From assembly GCA_016748015.1 (NCBI GenBank), contig JAAOMT010000515.1, forward strand, positions 355,249-419,248: 64,000 bases of DNA, in the 5' to 3' direction. Shown piece by piece: positions 50,087 through 62,235 of the stretch (position 1 is its first letter; the number at the start of each line of letters is the position of its first letter). The notes under the pieces are model-generated. The model did not search any database, had not been told where the DNA came from, and saw only the letters and a list, made by a program, of their open reading frames with translations. Both the position numbers and the translations under genes were made by a program. The DNA comes from Geosiphon pyriformis uo1. Lineage: Eukaryota > Fungi > Glomeromycota.

Positions 50087-50677
50087 TCATTCGATCCTCC
50101 TCTTGAATGACGTGTAATCATCCATCCGATCTTGATCGTGTGATAGTCGTTTTCTCTTTGTTCCAAAAATTTTATCATTGGGTATGATTGCTGATGAATT
50201 ACGGCATATATTTAAAGTCATTTGGCATCCCATTTCGTCAGAAAGAATACTCCAAAGTGATGGAAGCTGTGGCCAAGAATCATTTTTATTCCTTCGCTGA
50301 CTATCAATTGGAGCTAAGGTGTTAGGATTGGCGTATTCGTATGTTGAAAATTGCGGGACATATTTGGCTTGAAATAATGTCTTTGTATCGGTTTGTGACT
50401 TTATAAACCATTCTTGTGGCCGGTAAACCTTTATTGGTGTTCTGAAAATGAATCTATTATCAAATTTTAGCGCCTCTGGATATTCTTCAGGAGAATTTAA
50501 TACCGAACTTCCATCATAAGACTCCAGGAATGAAGGTTCATGAAAATCAGTGATCATGCTTTTGGATCGTTGCACATCTGAAAGGTTTTCTACGGCATCA
50601 TAGAATATATCCTCTGATGAATGGTTAGAATTTGGGGAATTATCATTTGATCGCGTGAATTGAATAGAATGTGACAT
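50087..50677 (-). CDS. Hypothetical disordered protein with an FFAT-like motif and basic NLS-like motifs
   Basis: About 196-codon stop-free frame in AT-rich DNA from ATG 50677, containing SSEDIFYDAVE, LPSLWSIL, KRKR and KRR. Confidence 0.65.
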   Translation of the reverse strand: MSHSIQFTRSNDNSPNSNHSSEDIFYDAVENLSDVQRSKSMITDFHEPSFLESYDGSSVLNSPEEYPEALKFDNRFIFRTPIKVYRPQEWFIKSQTDTKTLFQAKYVPQFSTYEYANPNTLAPIDSQRRNKNDSWPQLPSLWSILSDEMGCQMTLNICRNSSAIIPNDKIFGTKRKRLSHDQDRMDDYTSFKRRIE

Positions 50678-52272
50678 TTCAATAGAAAATTTTCGATTTG
50701 ATTGCAAAAGAAATTCCTTTGAATCAATTATCTTTTTTGAAATCTTGAAAGAGGAAAAGCAGTCTTGAATTTATAATTTTTTCAAGAATATAATTTTTTT
50801 ACACAAACAAACGAATAGTAGGAGCAAGTGTTTTCTTGTAAGAAATTTGGCTACAATAGTATCACATTGATGAAAATAATGAATTTAAATACCTATTACA
50901 TAAATTATTTTGATTTTAACAGGGGAATTCCTTCTTTTCTTTTCTTTTTTATTGTTTCAACAATTAACAATGAGGACAAAAGGAAATTACTTTTTTAAGT
51001 CCCAAGAATAAGATTTCCAAATAAATTATTATTTAAAGTTTCTTTGATATGCAGATAAACTTGTTCAAATTCCTACCGTATAAGGCATCATAAAATATTT
51101 AGCTATCTAAACGAAAAGATTGATTAAAATTAAATTGTCTCAATGAAATTTATTTCGATTCGTAAACTACTATAAAGGTTGTCTCTCGAGTATTGTTTAA
51201 TTTTTTTTCGCAATAAAAAAACCCTTATTCTACAAGAATAAAACTTTGTGTGGAGACAATTAAGCCATTTGAAATCAGAGTTTTATCTGAAAATATTTTA
51301 TTTAATAGATTAGAAGCATACAAAAAAATTTTCAAAGATTCTAATTTTTATTCATTATTCAGTGTCTCCCACTTTAAATTATCTCGATTTTATCGGAATC
51401 ATATTTAATGATTAAATTTTTTAAAACTTGAATAATTCTTCTAATCACTGCATTTTCTAGAAAATTTCTTGTTCTTAATTATGTTAAAGATTCTTGGACT
51501 TGATAAAGTTCTCAAAAAAAAATAAAGGAGAACAGACATTTTACAATATACTACTTTGATACTAATGATTCGAATTTATTTTGCGGGGATTCATAAATTG
51601 ATCAATCAATCAATTAATCATCCTCCATTTTCAAATTTTTTTTTCTAATATGCCTACTTTATATCACCGAAAATGAATAAATAAAAAATCGAAATCTTTT
51701 TAAAAGGATAATATTTGCAACTTTAGAGGCGGCTTAAAGAAAGTTATAAGTGAAGTTTGTTTGTTTTTTAAGAAAATTTACCGTTTTGGGAGGACATATT
51801 TTTAAGGTAGGTATTTTAGATAAATCATTTAGTTTTGATGATTGTAGTTCATCCACTATTTACATACATGTAAATGTATAAGACTTTAAGTAAGTGCGGG
51901 TCATGCGATCGATCAACAATGGAGCATTTCTTGTATATATATATATATACATATATATATAATTTAAAAGGTAAAGATATACCTGATAAAAACAAAAGTT
52001 CAAAATACGATAAACTGAATCATATATATTACAATTTACGATTTTAATTTTTTTATAGTTAGAAGAACCCAACTCAGAAGCTCAAGTCAATATGATAGCA
52101 TGAATATTTATGCCATGGTTGAAAAGCAATATAATTGTGAGAGCTTGAGAGCAGATTGATCATGAAGTTGAATTATGCAAAAAATATGCTGGAAAAAATA
52201 AGGTTATTTAAATGAAAGCTATCTATCTTGATTAAACTTTCAAACTGTTTATTTCATTTCAATAACCCAAGA

Positions 52273-52638
52273 ATGTCTCTTCTAAACATAAAAAATCAAA
52301 TCAAGGGGATTATTTTTGTTGTCTCTTTTTTCATCAGTATCCTGCTGCAAATCTCTGCCTTTCCAATTACTGAACAATTTCGGTCAAGGGGTCATCATCA
52401 CCTTTTTCGTCGCTTATTACAGAATCGACAGGCCATCATCGATGGTACTCTTGTAATCATAGGAGTCCCACCAAACCCATTTCCATATTTTGCTGAAGAA
52501 GAACTTAACTCACAAGTTCTTGCAGCCGAATCTCATAAATTGCAAGCAGTTCTATTGGATGAAGAGGAAGTAGCTCAAGCTAATACTGATGAAAGTCAAA
52601 ATATTTTTGCCTTAAATAAGAAAATAAAGAATGGCTGA
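52273..52638 (+). CDS. Small secreted protein of unknown function
   Basis: ATG 52273, hydrophobic signal ending ISA-FP, a basic His-rich propeptide with RR, and an acidic C-terminal half. Confidence 0.6.
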   Translation: MSLLNIKNQIKGIIFVVSFFISILLQISAFPITEQFRSRGHHHLFRRLLQNRQAIIDGTLVIIGVPPNPFPYFAEEELNSQVLAAESHKLQAVLLDEEEVAQANTDESQNIFALNKKIKNG

Positions 52639-55600
52639 AATCAAACAAGTTAGTCCCAATTGATAACGCTTATTTTATTCAAAAATTAGCTCAATTTTAA
52701 AAGATTTTTTTAAAGGAGTCTTTCAACATGGAAATTTCTATGAAAGTTAATCACAAATTGTGAAATGTTAAATTGAGGTTTGCCTAAGAGTTGTTATCGC
52801 ATTATGAAATTAATTTTTTAAATGAAACTTTTATTATCTCATATGACAAAAAAGTTCTCATGATATAACATATTGAATTAAATTGAAAATAACCTATAAA
52901 ATCATAAAGGGCAACTTGATCTGAATGCTTTATCCCTACCTTAGAAAGGAATGATTTTAGATTCAATTATTTATCCAGAAATAAATATTTTGGAAGTTCA
53001 ATACGAATCATAAGACTTGCGTTTGGACCTTGGTAATAAAATCCAGGTCCGAAATTTCGATTTTTTTAATAAATGAAATCTCAAGCATTGGATGCTAGTC
53101 AAGGGTGAGAACTTAAAGCAATCCATTTTACGTATATTTTACAGTATATATATTATTGTGAGATCGTAAACTTTTATGAGGAAATAATAAGGGTAACCTT
53201 GCATGAGTTTATAATTATGGGTGTCCTCGGTTTTATTTGTTAAGTCTTATATTCTTTTCAAGAAACCAATATTATTTGCTATATCCTCTTTTTCGTTGAT
53301 CTTTCTTAAGTGGATAAATCGCTTTTAATCAATATTTTTTTTTCACGATCGGTAAAAACAATTAGTATCAAATGGCAAAGTATCTGCTTTCTATGAAACT
53401 GAGTTTAGTCTTAAATCAAACTTCGCAAAAGGTAGGACAATATCACCAAAAATGACAAGCTTAATCCAGATTGACACAATACTCAAGATTTAATTCTTCC
53501 TGTCTTATCATTTTAAAGTTTTTGAAAGGCTAGAAATCTTTCTGAATTTGGGGTGTAATACAACCAGCACCACTGAGTTACACCAGGCAGGCATGCCGAG
53601 TAAAGCAAGATATACACAATGACCAATTTTAAATTACTGCGGCAGTCACTAAAGTCCAGTTATTCCCATCAAGCTGTACTGCTACAAGATTTGCAAAAGA
53701 AAAAGTTTCGTCAGTGAGGTACCCACTATTTTGGGAGACCTGTCCATAAACTGGTACTTCTGATTGATATCAAAGAGGAAATGCAAAATGCTCTACTCAG
53801 AAAGGTTTCTGGATGTCAATCTATGCAATCTAATGCTTTTGTCTATGAAATTCGTTGGTAAAACCTGAGGCACAGCCTTAATATTGTCTCAATCCAGTTT
53901 TTTATGTTCGCTATTTATCACACAGCACCTTTTCTTATATATATTATATCAACAAAATGATCTGTAAACTTGTTGTAAATCTTGTTTTTTTTATTTCTGA
54001 CCCAATTATATTAGCCAGCTCAATTTGTAAAAATACAAGGAACTAAATTTATTAAAATTAATAATATAATATATAAATGCATACTAAATTTAAATATTAT
54101 CAATAATTAATTTTCCTTATATTATTATTATTATTGAGACACATTATTTATTACCTTTCGATTATACTAATTTTATTTTTTAGAATTGAAATCATTATTG
54201 TATCATGTTTAAAATTGTAATTATAAAATAAATAAGTATTATATTGATGGCAATTTTATTAAAATATTATTTTTAATCTTATTTATAACCAAAATATTAT
54301 CAATTTTATTTAATAAATTTTATATTCATAAAAAATTGAATCAAGCTGATTTTTTGTCTAATTTAGTTTGTAACTTATTTCAAAAATCTTGATTTTAAAG
54401 CATTTTTGAAATTATTTTTAAAAATATTAATAAAATAGAAAAGTACTTATTTATTAAATTTTATAAGTTCAAATAATTTTTTTTAAGTCCTCTGTTATAA
54501 TAATTAATTTTAAAAAATAATTATAAAATTTTATAAAAATTTTAAAGTTTTTTCTTTTCTTTAAATAAAATCTTAGTCTTTAATTAAAATAATCGATGAA
54601 AAATATTATATTTGAAACAATAGTAATTTTTCAAGTTACTCAAAACATTAGTTTGGTATTTTTTATGAACTTTGAGTTTTTTATTACTGTTATAAAACAT
54701 GTTTTTTCTTTTTTAAAATAGGTTTTGGTTTTATTTACTTTTAATATCTTTATCAATTTTAATATGAAAACAAAACAAGTTATATTCTATCCACAAATTT
54801 TTATCTGATTAATTATAAAATTATTTGACTTAAAAAGCTAAACTAATAACATAAAAATTAAAAAAGTATTTTTGTCTTTTAGAAATGCTACTGGCTTTAT
54901 TCATATCTGAAAAAAAATTATTGATTTTTAAATAAAGAATTTTTATTTTGGTGCCTCTTCTAAAATTAAATTGGTTTATATTAAAACTGTATTTTAGCTG
55001 TTGTATAATTTTATTTTTAAACAAACAGTATTAAGTTTTTTTGTGTAAAATACTATTTTAGAAATTTTTAAGCACTGTTATCAAAATTAAAGCTCGCTAA
55101 TTTTTTCTTTCTTATATTATTTAAAATTACGAAATCCGTCATAAGGTTTAGTGTTATTCTTGTTTTTACTGCTGTTGTTTTTTACAATATTTTATAATAC
55201 ATTTTTCAAGAACATTAAAAATGGTTTTAAATTATTTTGTAAAACTATTATTGTTATTTTTAAATTTAAAAAAACTTTTAAAGCTGTTGCTGTTAAAATT
55301 GATATTTTAAAAGAAATTGTATTAAATAATCTACTTTTTTTTTGACTTAAATCAAAGTTTTATTAAGACAAAATTGTCATAAACTGTTTTGTTTTATTAT
55401 AATCAAGTTAAATAGATTTTTTTTTAAAATTTGGTGTAATAATAATTAACTTTGTTAATTATCTAAAAAAAATTTTAAATTATTAATATTTGTTAAAAAT
55501 AAGTTTTTTAGTATAAAAAATAAGATTGAAACATTAATCTTAATTAAACTAGCATAAATTTTTTTGTAACATGTTATATTAATAAAATAACTAAATTTTG

Positions 55601-58145
55601 TGCTAATAGATAAGTAATATTGATTTTAAAAAAAAATTGATTATAAATATTTTAATAATATATATAATTAAATATTAACTTTTTAAACTTCAAAAAATAA
55701 TCCAATTAAGTTTGAATAAATAAAATAATTTGAAATAAAAAAGGTGTGAATAAATATATTATTTGTAAAAAAGCAAATAAATTGTTTTTGGTGGTTTTAA
55801 TTAAAGTAGTTTAACATCAATTTAAATAACTATTTATATGTAAGAAATACATGTATAAAAACTATATATATAAATAATAAAAATTTATACTTAGTAAAGC
55901 ATTAAAAAAATAATTAATATTATTTTTTGAAATTTGCAAATTTTGTACAATATTAAATATCTCATTATTAATTAAATAAAAAATAATTTAAAAGCAACTT
56001 ACTGTTAATAAATTTTGAATATAACAAGCAACTTAATATTAATAATTTATGAAACTATTTCTTTCTGTAATTTTATGTAATGATAAAAAATCCAAAATCC
56101 AAAATAATACAATATTAATTTTTTACATTTTTTTATAAATTGTAGTAATTTTTATATTGTATGTTTTTTTTTAATTTACAATCATATAAATTATTTAAAC
56201 ATATATTTTTTTTAAATTTAAAACTCAAGCTTAATACTGCAGCAATATATATTTATTAAAATAAAGCTGCAAAAATTATTAAATTAAAGAGAAAAACTTT
56301 AAAACCTTATTAGAATCTTAAAAAATCTAAATAAATTAATATATTAAGACTATAAATCTATAAAATTGAAAATTGAACTGTTATAATATAATTTCAAGTT
56401 ACAATCATGTAAAAGTTAAGAATTAAATTGAATGTAATATTATCTTTAATTTCAATTAAGAGTGAATTAGTAAAAAATGTTATTGCTTATCAAAAGATCT
56501 TGTTACGACATTAATTAAAGTTAGAAAAGATTATATACTTGAAAAAAAAATTTATCTTATCTTTATACTGAGTTAGAAGGGGTTGAATACTTTCGTGGCT
56601 TATGTTACTTTAAAGAATAAAATTTTTTATTTACTTGTGGATTAATAGTGAGCATGCAGGTAATAGATTTTACCAGTTAAAAAAAATATTATACTAAATT
56701 CCATAATTATTTCAATGACCAAGATGTTTATAAAGATAAAATGATTTCAGATTAACAAGAGAAAAAACCCCACACAAGAATTGGAGAAGAAAGTACGAGC
56801 ATACGCTCGAAAGACAGATGTAAGGTATAAAATTTACTTTCCAAAGAAAAAGTCGATCGATGTGTTATAAATTGTTGAAGCGAAAGACTAAATGTGCTTA
56901 ATTTGTGAAATATTTAATAACAGCTGTGTATTATACTGATCAATGTAACTAATAAAGCTTTCGAGAAATTGATATATATAACTCCTCTCAAGAACAATAA
57001 ACATTGCTTTGTTTATCTTATATGAATAGACCCTCTAGAGCCTAAAGGCTACCAGTGAAAATTCTTTACATATCAAAGTTAAGGTTAGATTAACCAATTA
57101 ATGACTGCTGTTAAATTTTATTAACTCTTAATTTTTTGTATAACATTCTTAAAGCTATTGTGGGAATTTCGATGAACGGATTAACATTAATTTGCCCAAA
57201 ATTCTATCGGTTTTTCTTTTTTATCCTATTGTCTTCTATACGAAACTGTAGCCACCTTGTGATTTTAAGGGGTTGAAAGGTTGTTTCTGCTAAAACATAA
57301 CTAGAAATTTGAATTTTGTTTAATTCATCGAGAAACGTAATTTACTTAGCATGAATTAAAATTTTCTTGAATAATCATCTTTATTGAGAATCATAAGAGG
57401 TATTTTATTGTTTATTAAAACAAGTATCAAATATATCCTCAGATACATTAAGGAGGAATCGTTTGAATTTTTATATTAACTAGAAAAAATTAATTCAGTG
57501 ATAATCGCCAGCTGTAAAAGTTTGGGACCCATTAATTTCCCAAATTAAAATTTTAAAAATCAAATTTTGATTTAACACGATCAATCTTAGCTTTTCAAAT
57601 AAGTTGTCAATTTTTCTTTGGTTATTTCGGCTTGATGCTTCATGTGTTAGAGTTTTTGTGAAATTTATTTCCTAATTTAAGCTCAGAGAGGGTGTTCTTT
57701 GTTCCATTTTACGGTAAATAATTCATTCGAGTATGTAAATAACAACCCTAAAAAACTTTGAATTTCTAAATAAATCCATTCAAGGCTTTTGTGGAATCTA
57801 TTAATTTAATTTAAATGTATTCCAAATTTCTGCTTTTTCTAACAAAATTCAAATATTTTTACATAGTTGCATACTTTGTAAGGAACAATTTTGTCTTCTG
57901 CAGCAAGAATGTCAAAACTCCTAAATTTTTTTATGCGTATCAAGATCTCAAGAAAGAAAATTTGAGTTTCAACACTGGTAACTAAATTTCTGGTTTTTCT
58001 TTGAAGTTTACAAAAAATTCTGTAAAAAAAGCTAGAAGAAATTAAATTGATGAATTGAATAAAAGGATTAATCAAAAAAAGAAAGCGTAGACTTGGAAAT
58101 ATGAATTAGATTTGAATTTATAAATTGAAATAAATTTGTATGAAA

Positions 58146-58146
<1 letters not shown>

Positions 58147-58191
<45 letters not shown>
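58147..58191. repeat. (ATT)n microsatellite
   Basis: Visible tandem run. Confidence 0.9.
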
Positions 58192-59341
58192 GTTCAGTCT
58201 AATAGTTCAAACTCTTTTGAAATATATGGTTTTTATACTCCAAAAAAGCATCATGTTGGGCTTTGGTCATCAGTACATTTAAAAAACTATTTATTAATAT
58301 GATAATTAAATTTTTAATTACAAATTGAAAACTTCGGAGTTATTATCTCATCAAAGTGATATATTAAAATGAATAATATTTTTATTTATCAAAATTTAAA
58401 TTTGCAATAATTTTGAAGAAGACAATGAATTGAAGGATATAATTTTTTTAAATTTTGGTTTCTTTTAATCTTTTTGTAACTGCTAATCTTTGGCCATGCG
58501 GAATTAATAGATTATAATAGTTCCAAGGGAATAAGAGGAGATTTCTGTAATTTCATTTGACCTGATGCAACCCTAAATTCATCATGAATGCGGTAGAACT
58601 CCTTTTGAAGCTCTGGTTTGATTTTTACCTGTTAAAGCGTTTATTAATACTTTGTTACAACTCCTCAATTCAATTGAAACAATATTATTTTAAAAAAGCA
58701 ATTTTTAAATGATTTAAAGGTGCGAAGAAGCAAATACAAAATCATACAGGAATCAAAAACGAATCGACACATGATCCCATTTAAGAAATAAATTTATACC
58801 GAATATTAGGGTTCAAACTAAAGCAGAAATTTTGATGGCATAAGAAAAGGTAACACTGTGATCAAATTTTTATTAATAGTGATTGAAAGTAAAAAGTTCC
58901 TTGCCTATATCTTGAATAAGTTACTTTATGTAGGTAGTTAATGGGAAGGCGCGCAAACATTATTAAAAACCTGAAACCAAAATGAAAAATTTTTCAGGGA
59001 TAACTTTGGAAAAAGGACAACTCCTTACAAATATATAGACGGGCAAGGGAAATGTAGGATTTATATTAACATGATGAAAAAAAGATTGAGACAAGAAAGA
59101 AGAAATATAAATGGTTGATAGATTTCAGCGAAGAAAAATGGTAGGCATCAGGAAGGCGAGCACTTCTTTTCATAATCTCTGTGTACATAAAAATATTTGA
59201 AAAATATAAAAATTACATTTTCAAATTTTAGCTCTTTTGATAAGAGCAAAATATTAAGATTTTCATAAAGAAATTTTACAAATTTTCTTTTTTTATATTA
59301 ATTTTAAATTTTTTTTCATAAAGTAATTTTTATCCACAACA

Positions 59342-59870
59342 ATGCCATCTCCACTCAAAGTTCTTATTATCGACGATAACGATATCAACCTACAAATTCT
59401 TTCTCGTATCCTCTCGAAACATTTTTCCCATTTGATTCAAACAACCTTCACTTCAACCAGTGGTATTTTGGCCTTAGACATATTATCTAAAAATGAATTT
59501 GATCTCATCTTTTGCGATATTGAGATGCCAATGTTAAATGGGGTTGAAACTACAATTGAGATCCGACGAGGTAATAATGGTGAGAATGGGTACAAAATTC
59601 TGGAACGAAATCGTAATGTGCCTATCATTGCTGTTACGACGAAAGATAAGGAGTGTGATCGAAAAGAGTATGCTAAAGCTGGAATGGTGAGTAAAAAAAT
59701 TTCATTTCAATTTTTCTTTAAAATAGTTTTGATATATCAATTTTCCTTGATTCATTTAGGACGCATGCGTAGGAAAACCAATTTGTCTGGACGAATTGAA
59801 AACGGCGATTGAATTAGTGACTGGTGGTATCGTTGATGTCGAAAATCGAGGAGATTTTCTCAGTGACTGA
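59342..59870 (+). CDS. Stand-alone response regulator receiver (CheY-like) protein
   Basis: Exons 59342-59686 and 59760-59870 give KVLIIDDNDIN, DLIFCDIEMPMLNG (phospho-acceptor Asp), PIIAVT and AGMDACVGKP (conserved Lys). Confidence 0.9.
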
Positions 59871-61390
59871 TTTGGGACATCTTCCATTTATAATTTTAAT
59901 GGTGCAGCCGACAAAAAAACCTTTCATCATCTTAAGCCTTTTAACGTAATGTAATAAAACTAGAAAATAAAAATATGATCTCAAGCCGAATTTTCTAATC
60001 CCCCTAGTTTATTTTTTCTTTTTATGCGATTTGGGTAACTTTGTTTTTCGATCAATCTAAAGAAATTAACTTCTCGTCACTCTTTTTTATTGAAAACACA
60101 TTCGAACTCATCAAATAAAATACTTTCTTGCCCCATTTTCTTTCGAAAGCACAATTTCAAAGCTAAAGAAAAGACTCTTAAATAGTGGGTGTAAAAGTTG
60201 TTACGATACTGGTAATTTTGCTTGAAACCAAAATGATCATTAAATTTCAAATTTGCATTAAAAGGAATCAATTATGCACAGGTTTCAGAGGAGGAAATCG
60301 AACCAAATAATTTAAACAGTTTCAACTTTTGCTTTAGATTTATTTACGTATGATTACGTTATTTATCTTGGAACAAGGCTGCAAACAATTCGAGCCCTAT
60401 CACAAGTTTAAATGTTTAAAATTGTATCAGGTATAGTTACAAATAAGAATTTTTGGAATATTATCTTTATAATCAGCCTAATTATAAAAAAGCTTGTTAA
60501 AAGAAAAAGGTTGAATAAAAGCAGAAAGAAAGAGAAATAGATCGGCTTGAAAAAATTCAAAGGCAGCATGTTACTCAAGAAATTTGCTTTTTTGTTGTTT
60601 TCCAATAATGGACATGCATGAAGAACATGAATGACGGGGAATTCAGTTTGACATGTCACCCAAGTTTTTTTTTGAATTCTATAATACTTACCTGATATGA
60701 ATATGTCTTTTACCATGTGTAAATATCCAATCAATCATAAAACCTAAGGGAATCGCTGCAAAATTACGCTTAATAGTTCTCAAATCTCACATGCATAGTG
60801 TTACTTTTACCTTAAAATTTCCCCTGGCGAAAAATTTAGATACTGTAAACTTGAATACCACGTGTATTAGAGAGAGATCATACAAGATGTAAATATTCAT
60901 TATCATAGGCACTGTAAGCGAAAGCTTTTTTGAAATTTGATCGGTTTCTGAAAGACATTCTGCTATCGATTCTATAATGATTGTATTCATGCCAAATGCT
61001 TCGAACCCAAATTCCTAATTCATTATAAATTGTGAATTCTTGGATTAAGAAAAGAAAGTAATTTTTAAAATTATATAAGAAAAGGATGGAATACTTTGAG
61101 TTCAATCTTTATTTAAGATTAATATATCGATAATGATAAAAATAAATTATCATATGGCTATTTATTTATACACACAATTGTGGTCTCGGTGCTTCAAAAC
61201 TTTTTTAAAAAATAAATGAAAATGTTTTTGGTTATGCTAAAATTTACTTTACAAAACTAGAAAGGTTTGAAAAATGTCAGTTATTGGAGAAAAGTATCTA
61301 TTTACAAATTTAGTATTTCGAATAATAATATTTTTTCAATCCATTTTACTCCCCAAAAAACTCCAGTTCAATTTTTGTATCACCCTCGAA

Positions 61391-62235
61391 CTATGTATAC
61401 AATTTAACTTCTCTTTTCATCGACGAAGCTCGTTTAACAAAAATTCCAATACTGATTTCTTGTAAAATAAAATGTGCGACATCAGCTCTTGAAATTTCTT
61501 TCGATGAAATTTCATCCACGCTTAAAAAGTATCTTTTGGTCAATTTTCCATTACTCAAACTTCCTACATGTATTATTGTCCAATCTAGATAATCTGAGTT
61601 ATCTCTAATTAATTTCTCTTGAAGTTCTTTATCCTTATGAACTTTACTAGCTAACAATCTTGTGATAAAACCATCAACTCTTCGAATACCGTGACATCGA
61701 ACGATAATTAATCGTTTCACTCCCAGCTTCAACATACTATCATTAATCAAACCCTGAGATCGAGAATTTAGATCAGTGTTTCGGGTCCATAATTTTCGTG
61801 GCGACAAACAATTTATTACTACATCTTTATCTTCAATAACTTTATCCAAATCGGTGGGGGATAGGACAGAGCCGACGAATATAACCAGGTTTGGGTTTCG
61901 GAGTTCTTGACGGGTGAATGGAAGTTTATAATCATTTCGTACTAATGCAGTGACATGATATGAAGATTCAAGGGCTTGTCGAACGACATGGCTCCCTAGG
62001 CGACCACTTGCTCCTAGAACTAAAAAAAATGGTGCGAAAAAAATGTTTTGAGTGGAAGATTTATAAAAATCAAAAGTTTTTAAAAAACAGTAGAAAGAAA
62101 TATCAAACTCTCACCAAGAATATGCTGACCACGCATTATATTAGGCAAATATTCTTCAACCCTTGAAAATCTTAATGGATTAAATGGCTCCAAGCATAGA
62201 GCTTGCGGTGAAAAACATCTAAACATATCAATCAT
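61391..62235 (-). CDS. NAD(P)H-binding Rossmann protein (BLVRB/flavin reductase-like), copy B
   Basis: Exons 62235-62115 and 62019-61391 give MID...EEYLPNIMRGQHILVLGASGRLGSHVVRQAL. Highly similar to copy A with the same intron position. Confidence 0.88.

Noticed and set aside
60077-61105. Cluster of short minus-strand ORFs between the response regulator and BLVRB-like copy B
   Set aside because: Overlapping frames with no recognisable domain; could not be spliced into a coherent gene.
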